This document shows positions 57,301-64,000 of a stretch of 64,000 nucleotides of DNA, in pieces. Within the stretch, counting starts at the first letter, position 1. The number at the start of each line of letters is the position of its first letter. The position numbers were made by a program, and so were the translations under genes. The DNA is from Hormiphora californensis. Lineage: Eukaryota; Animalia; Ctenophora. The notes beneath the pieces were generated by a model that was not told where the DNA came from, did no database searches, and worked only from the letters and a program-made list of their open reading frames with translations. The stretch is from contig CM035355.1 in NCBI GenBank assembly GCA_020137815.1, positions 3,100,001-3,164,000 on the forward strand. Direction: 5' to 3'.

Positions 57301-60300
57301 ACTCTCATTGGATATCGTATTCGGTTGGCTTACTTTCATTGGATAACGCAGTCGTCAACGCGTTAGTCAAAATAACGCGTTATATGAAGTCATTATGTGA
57401 CATCACTTGGAAATAACGCTGGCAAGGGATCTCATTGAATTTTTGGTGCTGGCAAGCGCCCAATAAGCATTTTTAGCTGTCCCAAGAAATGTATTTCTGT
57501 GCAAGAGGTAGCGGGTTCGAATCCCGACCGGGCCCGGATGGCTAGTTTAAAGTTTGCTAATAAATCGACCTCTGAAAATTATTATATTATTATGAATAAA
57601 TTTGGCACTAACAAGCGCTCCAGCAGTGTATGGATGTCCCCAGCTGGCAAGGGCCACAGTATAATGTAAAATGGCCCCGCTGTACCACCTAAAAATGGGG
57701 TACACATTTGATAATCCAGTAAAATGTCTTGAAGCTTACATTAATGGGTGTTCTTAGCTGTTCCTAGCCATTCCTAGCTATTCCTTGTTAATTATAGGAA
57801 TCATAAAAGCGTTCCAAGTGTTCCTAGTATATTCTTCGTGTGCTCTATGAGTGTTCCCAGCAGTTCCTTGATCATTCAATCTATTCCTAGTGTTCCTAGT
57901 CTGTTATTCACCGTTATCTGTTGTTTCTCGCTTGTTACAGGCATCACAGGAACACACAGGAACATCATAGGAACACGGTCGAACGGTTAGAAACACCTAG
58001 GAATAAACATGAAATCGAAAGAACACCAAGGAATGAAAGGGTTCTTGAAATAAACACCGAGGAACACCCGGGAACGCTATAAAAGGGGGATGTTTTCCAT
58101 GATCATCATTTCCAACCATGTCTCATTCAAAGTCTTTTCTGAAAGCCATGCGCTTGAATGACAAAAAGCGAAATACCTCTGATTCTGACTCTGACACTGA
58201 TTCTGACCCGAAGGAATTATCCCAATTATCTGATGAAGAGATCGATTCACCAAATGTCGAAAGTGAAACGCCATACTCGAGCCTACTGCAGTGTTTTAGT
58301 TTGAAGCAAGATCTAATTAATGCAGATTTGACTGAGATTGAGCTGTCACCAGAAGAGGAGCTTCTAATAAATGCGATAAAGGATAACGAATCATTGATCG
58401 TTATTCGTGAATTGGTGCAACAAAATTTAGAATTGGTAGAAGATATCACGGAAAAGGTGTTACCGGAAGAGAACGAAGATTGTCCAAATTGTGGGAATAA
58501 AGAGGAACATTAAACACTAATGTAGGAACAGTGACGACTATAAAAGGAACACTTGTATTTTAGTTTATTATTGTCATTTGATTTTTTTCTGTAAAAATGT
58601 ATCCATGCAATTTGTGTGATAGTGAATTTACGACTGTTTATCTTCTTCTTCAACATGAAAAATATGATCACGAAAAATGGGGACCAACTGGTACTGACTC
58701 AGTTCAATCAATCAAAGGATTTGATGACAAAACAGAAAACGTTCCAAATGAGGAATCATCAATTAATTTCAAAAAGGATAATGAAGTAAATAATGATCTT
58801 GAAGATGAGGATGATGATATCGAGGAAGATGAAATTGAGGATAAATCTGATCCATTAAAGGATATTGACTTCAAGGCGTTGTACCGAAAACGAGATCAAC
58901 AAGCTCGGAAATATGAGAGATTATACAAATCAAAGTTGAGTGAAACAAAACAGCATCTTGAGAGAATGCTCTTGTTTGAGAAACAACTAGATGAATTTAG
59001 GACTAAATTTAATGACACGCAGTTCTATGAGTTCTCGGATACAATAATCAACTCTAAAAATATCCGGGACTATTTAGAACTACGAAGATTGATGGATATG
59101 AAAAGCTATGCTTCGATTGTACGTAGTAATAGACTGGTTAAAGCAATAAAAAGCCTATTTATCGGTCTAAAGTATGGAGCTGTTCCTCTAGTTGTTCCTC
59201 AGAGAAAGCGTCTAAGTGCAAAAGGTAGAAAACTGATCAATCTGGTTGATTGCAAAAGCCTAGAAGAAATCAAAAGACTACTTTTAAAGCATTCGAAAGA
59301 TTTTTATAATATTTTTCAAGTTATCGGGAGAACGCTATCCCTTGTTGCAAGTTTAGAATATGAAAATTGAGATGTATGTATTATTCTATTTGTAGCTCTA
59401 AAAAGCGTATTTTCTGACTAAATTTGTATTTTAAGCTGTTTTTAACCGTTCCTGTATGTTCCTGGGTGTTCGTGTATGTTCCTGTGTGTTCCAGTGATGC
59501 CTGGAACAAGCGAGAAACACCAGATAACGGTGAACAACAGACTAGGAACACTAGGAATAGATTGAATGATCAAGGAACTGCTGGGAACACTCATAGAGCA
59601 TACAAAAAAAATAGACTAGGAACACTTGGAACGCTTTTAAGATTCCTATAATTAACAAGGAATAGCTAGGAATGGCTAGGAACAGCTAAAAACACCCATT
59701 AATGCAAGCTTCAAGACATTTTACTGGATTATCAAATGTGTACCCCATTTTTAGGTGGTACAGCGGGGCCATTTTACATTATACTGTGGCCCTTGCCAGC
59801 TGGGAACATCCATACACTGCTGGAGCGCTTGTTAGTGCCAAATTTATCCATAATAATATAATAATTTTCAGAGGTCGATTTATTAGCAAACTTTAAACTA
59901 GCCATCCGGGCCCGGTCGGGATTCGAACCCGCTACCTCTTGCACAGAAATACATTTCTTGGGACAGCTAAAAATGCTTATTGGGCGCTTGCCAGCACCAA
60001 AAATTCAATGAGATCCCTTGCCAGCGTTATTTCCAAGTGATGTCACATAATGACTTCATAATCACGAGACATCATGTGACATCGCATGAAATATGACCAT
60101 ATATGGAATGTATGAAAAATTAATTCTGCGACGTCACGTGACGTCACGATGTGACGTCAACGTCACGTGACATCACGTGACATCATATAACGTCAAGTGA
60201 CACGTGATTATGACATCACATGCCCATATATGGAATAAAGAGGTGACACCGAAAATCTTGATACAGCGGGGCTATTTTACATACTACTTTCATCTAATAT

Positions 60301-62457
60301 ATCTATTTTCCCAATTGTGATCTAACATTGTCTAGAGACACTACGGGACGTTGTCATGGATACGTTAACACCAAGGACTCTACGGTGTACCCTGCAATAC
60401 CAGACAACTGCACCACCATTACGTGGGAGAATGCAACAGAGAGTAACAACTGGGGTAACTGTGTCAACATGACGATTGATGGAGATTACAGGCTAGTAAA
60501 CTACTAATATGACTAAAGATTCTAAAAAGCTTTCATTAAAGCCAAAGTACGCATTCTCCTAATACTATACTCGCTGGGGTATCTTTATCTTTATGTTGGT
60601 GACACAGTCACCCTTACAACTCACGCACGTAGCGCGCCAAAACGAAGCCGGGAAGCCCGCGTAGCGGGCTGAGTTGTAAGAGAGGTGACGGCGCCACCAT
60701 TACCAAATCTTTATGTACCCTTTTATCAAATTTTTGATTACTTGTTTATTGCTTTTGCAGGTATGTGACAAGTAACAGCGTACCTGACTTCTATATGAAT
60801 CCCTATTGCCCACTGGGGCTAAACCTTGGGTACTGCTCTAAAATAGAACGAGAATGTAAGTTTGTGAATAAATGTAGCATGAAACCATGTTGAACTCTCT
60901 CCTAGTTAAAGTAACGATCTCACCCTGCTCTCTCCTATTTAAATTAACGATCTCACCCTGCTCTCTCCTAGTTAAAGTAAAGATCTCACCCTGCTCTCTC
61001 CTAATCAAAGTAACGATCTCACCCTGCTCTCTCCTATTTAAAGTAATGATCTCACCCTGCCCTCTCCCCTATTTCACAGCGGGTACGTGCATGTTCCCCA
61101 ATTTGACGTGTGGAGAAGATAACGGACCCGGTTCAGTGCCTTATGGAGACGTTTGGGTACCTGCTACCGCCCACTACAAAATACCATTGGTACGTGATCT
61201 CGTGTTTTGCAAATGTTACTATACGTGACCAGTTTTGTACTTGAGGGTCTTAGATGTCAACCAGCAGCTAAACGTTGCCCCCTGTATGGCGGCGCCATAC
61301 CCTATTTAATTCTCAATGGCAACGACAGTGCGTTCAGATGGGGTCGCGGCGCCAGACAGCAGATGCCCATTATACAAGGCAGTATAACTACAATGATAGA
61401 TGATCTGACTTGCCTAGGTTGGTAACCCAACAAGGAGTGACAGGCCTGGTGATATGTACGATGCAGAGACAGTGGGTGGAGAGAAGAACATTGCAGCCTC
61501 TGCAGGTGTTGCGATCAATGGAGTAGGAATTCAGGTTAATATGCTATGTTGATGCTGAGTTTCCTAACAAAAATAAAAACAACTAAATTTGTCCGCATCT
61601 CCGAAGGCAGAGTAGAACTACGTCGCTGTTTGTGTATGTAATAATTGTGAAAACTTTCGAGCTAATGTTTTCTTCGCTCGCATATATCACCCTGCTCTCT
61701 CTCTCTCTCCTAGTTAAAGTAACGAGCTCACCCTGCTCTCTCTCTCCTAGTTAAACTAAAGATATCACCCTTCACTCACATACCTTTTTAGGGCCCTAAC
61801 GATGCGGGGGATGTTAGTATTGACGAGGCAGGACTTCAGTTAGCATGTGGGGGACACGTTACCCCTCCTCTAGGCAACATTCCCCCTGGCCCAGACCCTG
61901 GAGCCCTCGGACCTCCCATGTACCATTTCCACAAAGCAGCCGACTGTTTGGAGCCCTTCCGTAATGCATCAATCGGCGCTGCCCACGGAGCCAAACCGCT
62001 GATCCATGGGAAACTTGTTGGTTGGTCTATGGACGGTTTCGGGGTTTATACCTACCAAGATGTGGGGGGAGCTGCCCCTATAGTGGACGAATGTGGCGGT
62101 CACTTTGGACCAATTGATACGGGTGAGGTGGTATATCACTACCACAGTAGAACGTACGTACCATACCACATGGCATGTCAGGGACCTGCCCTGGGGAACT
62201 GTGCGGCCACCCAGCGGGGTACCAGTTACTGTCATCCGGGGTGTGGGGGATATGAGGTGTGCGTTCAACCTGGGACTAATGAGCAGGATCTTAGGGAGTA
62301 TCTGGGGCAGTGGGATCCGGAGTGGATAGATCAGTACACTATTAACCCATACCAGGAACGGGAAGAGAAGGATAACAATGTTAACCCCTACCAGGAACAG
62401 AAGGAGGGCAATGTTTTTGAAAAACTGGTGAAAGAGATCAAGGAGATGTTCCTCTAA
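54358..62457 (+). CDS. Secreted YHYH-domain protein; exons 54358-54476, 60336-60491, 60761-60855, 61080-61189, 61418-61534, 61792-62457
   Basis: Signal peptide MLLATLLTVMLIVGG, then YRYVTSNSVPDF, YKIPL, GVAINGV, CGGH..YHFH, LVGWSMDGFGVY and VDECGGHFG..YHYH..PY. All exon phases are consistent. Confidence 0.85.
54498..55502. repeat. 20-bp minisatellite (catataccgggcacctcgat) interrupted by a MITE
   Basis: About 20 tandem units at 54498-54872 and 55453-55502. Confidence 0.9.
54873..55452. mobile_element. Mutator-like (MULE) MITE
   Basis: TIR ggtgggcggactctagtgcta / tagcactagagtccgcacacc; 9-bp TSD ataccgggc; many subterminal ggactctttatcta repeats in both orientations. Confidence 0.8.
56201..57147. 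mobile_element. Academ-like non-autonomous element nested in the left Polinton TIR
   Basis: ~310-bp TIRs beginning tagtagagtcgataagaac; 3-bp TSD cat; internal duplicated segments at 56519 and 56690. The superfamily call rests only on TAG termini plus the 3-bp TSD. Confidence 0.65.
58077..58088 (+). promoter_or_regulatory. TATA box upstream of mini-Polinton ORF1
   Basis: ctataaaagggg about 40 bp before the ATG at 58118. Confidence 0.55.
58118..58513 (+). CDS. Mini-Polinton ORF1: acidic 131-aa protein with terminal CxxC
   Basis: Intact intronless ORF with a Ser/Asp-rich tract, CPNC near the end and AATAAA overlapping the last codons. Confidence 0.6.
   Translation: MSHSKSFLKAMRLNDKKRNTSDSDSDTDSDPKELSQLSDEEIDSPNVESETPYSSLLQCFSLKQDLINADLTEIELSPEEELLINAIKDNESLIVIRELVQQNLELVEDITEKVLPEENEDCPNCGNKEEH
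58538..58548 (+). promoter_or_regulatory. TATA box upstream of mini-Polinton ORF2
   Basis: ctataaaagga about 58 bp before aaaaATG at 58597; same ctataaaagg core as ORF1. Confidence 0.55.
58597..59370 (+). CDS. Mini-Polinton ORF2: C2H2 zinc finger + acidic tract + coiled coil + basic C-terminal domain (257 aa)
   Basis: YPCNLCDSEFTTVYLLLQHEKYDH is a canonical C2H2 finger. The ORF is intact, intronless and AT-rich. Confidence 0.75.
   Translation: MYPCNLCDSEFTTVYLLLQHEKYDHEKWGPTGTDSVQSIKGFDDKTENVPNEESSINFKKDNEVNNDLEDEDDDIEEDEIEDKSDPLKDIDFKALYRKRDQQARKYERLYKSKLSETKQHLERMLLFEKQLDEFRTKFNDTQFYEFSDTIINSKNIRDYLELRRLMDMKSYASIVRSNRLVKAIKSLFIGLKYGAVPLVVPQRKRLSAKGRKLINLVDCKSLEEIKRLLLKHSKDFYNIFQVIGRTLSLVASLEYEN
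60893..61068. repeat. 39-bp intronic minisatellite
   Basis: ctctctcctagttaaagtaacgatctcaccctg x 4-5; related copies at 61686-61770. Confidence 0.8.
61282..61359. mobile_element. Second (inverted) copy of the 77-bp mini-MITE at 9048
   Basis: Reverse-complement similarity to 9048-9124 over its full length. Confidence 0.65.
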
Positions 62458-62545
62458 GCTAGGAGACCATCAAATGAAAATAAATAAGCGAAGGAGTTTT
62501 TAAAAGTGAAAGAAAGTTCAAAAGATATTTAAGTCTCTTTCTTAA

Positions 62546-63934
62546 GGGTACGCTAACCAAAATTTTTTTTCGAGTGCAGGGAAATCTCTCACCGTAGGGT
62601 TGTAGGCCATGCCAAGGAGACCTCAAATATGCAATTTGAGCTCTCAAGTCGAATTCATATTTTTGCTACAGCTATTTAAAAAATGTCCTGTAAATACGTT
62701 TTTGGCATCTCAAAATTTTTTTTAAAAGATAGGAGCATGAAAATTTGGGGATTTGAAGAGGACATGAAGGGGAATAACCACAAAATTTTTTTTTGTAATC
62801 CGAGCTGATTTCCGGTCCTGAGATGGATTTCTTTTTTTCCACTTTAACGCCCTATTTGGCAAAGTTCCGAAAACATGTGAAAGCTGTAAATTGGTGAAAA
62901 GTTGCGTCTAACGATTATCTAAGTGGCCATAAATTTTGGGCGTGTCCTTATTTGAAATAAGATGTACAGAGTTTTTTTTGTGAAAGCCGTCATTTCAGAA
63001 ATAGATAAATTCCCTGTATCTCAAAAACGGCTGATCGTAGAGACCTGAGACTATGCTTAAACGATTCAGAAGGTCCGATTTTGGGGGGGTCTTCTGAGAG
63101 ACATTTTGCTCCTACTTCAACCGTTTTTGCTGTAATTGCGAAAAACAAATTCTATGGAAAGGGCAAAAGCTAAACTCCAATATCCTGTAATTAGGGAATT
63201 TTGGCTAAGAAAGGACCGAAACTATGGAAAAATGTGTAACAAGCTAATTCCTTCACTATTTGGTCCATATGGGTCCCTATAATCACCAAAAACAAAATCA
63301 CAAAAAATCCACGATGGCGAAGATGGGTTTTTGTTTTTCGCAATTACAGCAAAAACGGTTGAAGTAGGAGCAAAATGTCTCTCAGAAGACCCCCCCAAAA
63401 TCGGACCTTCTGAATCGTTTAAGCATAGTCTCAGGTCTCTACGATCAGCCGTTTTTGAGATACAGGGAATTTATTTATTTCTGAAATGACGGCTTTCACA
63501 AAAAAAACTCTGTACATCTTATTTCAAATAAGGACACGCCCAAAATTTATGGCCACTTAGATAATCGTTAGACGCAACTTTTCACCAATTTACAGCTTTC
63601 ACATGTTTTCGGAACTTTGCCAAATAGGGCGTTAAAGTGGAAAAAAAGAAATCCATCTCAGGACCGGAAATCAGCTCGGATTGCAAAATTTTTTTTTGTG
63701 GTTATTCACCTTCATGTCTTCTTCAAATCCCCAAATTTTCATGCTCCTATCTTTTAAAAAAAATTTTTGAGATGCCAAAAACGTATTTACAGGACATTTT
63801 TTAAATAGCTGTAGCAAAAATATGAATTCGACTTAAGAGCTAAAATTGCATATTTGAGGTCTCCTTGGTATGGCCTACAACCCTACGGTGAGAGATTTCC
63901 CTGCACTCGAAAAAAAATTTTGGTTAGCGTACCC
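62546..63934. mobile_element. Second copy of the TTAA foldback element
   Basis: Same termini, arms and spacer as 30132-31521, flanked by ttaa. Confidence 0.9.
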
Positions 63935-64000
63935 TTAAGTCTCTTTCTAAAGTCTAGTAATCATTAAATTTGTAATTATGGCAATGCAGTAGTTGTTCAT

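Larger units (their letters stand above)
55568..60288. mobile_element. Miniature non-autonomous Polinton/Maverick-type element
   Basis: Termini AGTAGTATGTAAAATAGCCCCGC / GCGGGGCTATTTTACATACTACT; perfect 6-bp TSD ttcatc (55562-55567, 60289-60294). The right TIR spans ~59437-60288 and is mirrored by 55568-55869 plus 57447-57995. Confidence 0.85.

Noticed and set aside
57480-57560. Complete tRNA gene
   Set aside because: Only the T-arm/B-box is recognisable; no D-arm or anticodon arm in the proper order.

Overview
Eukaryotic (animal) genomic DNA: compact multi-exon genes, abundant (AG)n microsatellites, intronic minisatellites and many small DNA transposons. A 110-bp MITE at 41714 matches a repeat I recall from the ctenophore Pleurobrachia; the species call is from memory and unverified. 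Spliced genes reconstructed by eye: misato/MSTO1, a PAPS sulfotransferase, a GFOD-like oxidoreductase, a membrane-anchored arylsulfatase, an ELOVL elongase, SMC4, an Rpr2/RPP21-like zinc-ribbon gene, a secreted DOPA-4,5-dioxygenase-family gene, a kringle+laminin-G membrane protein and a secreted YHYH-domain protein. Three antisense genes are nested in introns. The standout is a 4.7-kb miniature Polinton/Maverick-type element (55568-60288) in intron 1 of the YHYH gene. It has AGTAGT termini, a perfect 6-bp TSD and ~850-bp TIRs, lacks polymerase, integrase and capsid genes, but keeps two intact, intronless, TATA-preceded ORFs. It is a candidate satellite of an autonomous Maverick. Other points of interest are arm-homogenised TTAA foldback elements, operon-like gene spacing and three alternative first exons on the sulfatase. 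Stretches at ~14640-15800 and ~53400-53830 look like sequencing noise. Exon boundaries are manual and unconfirmed by RNA data.
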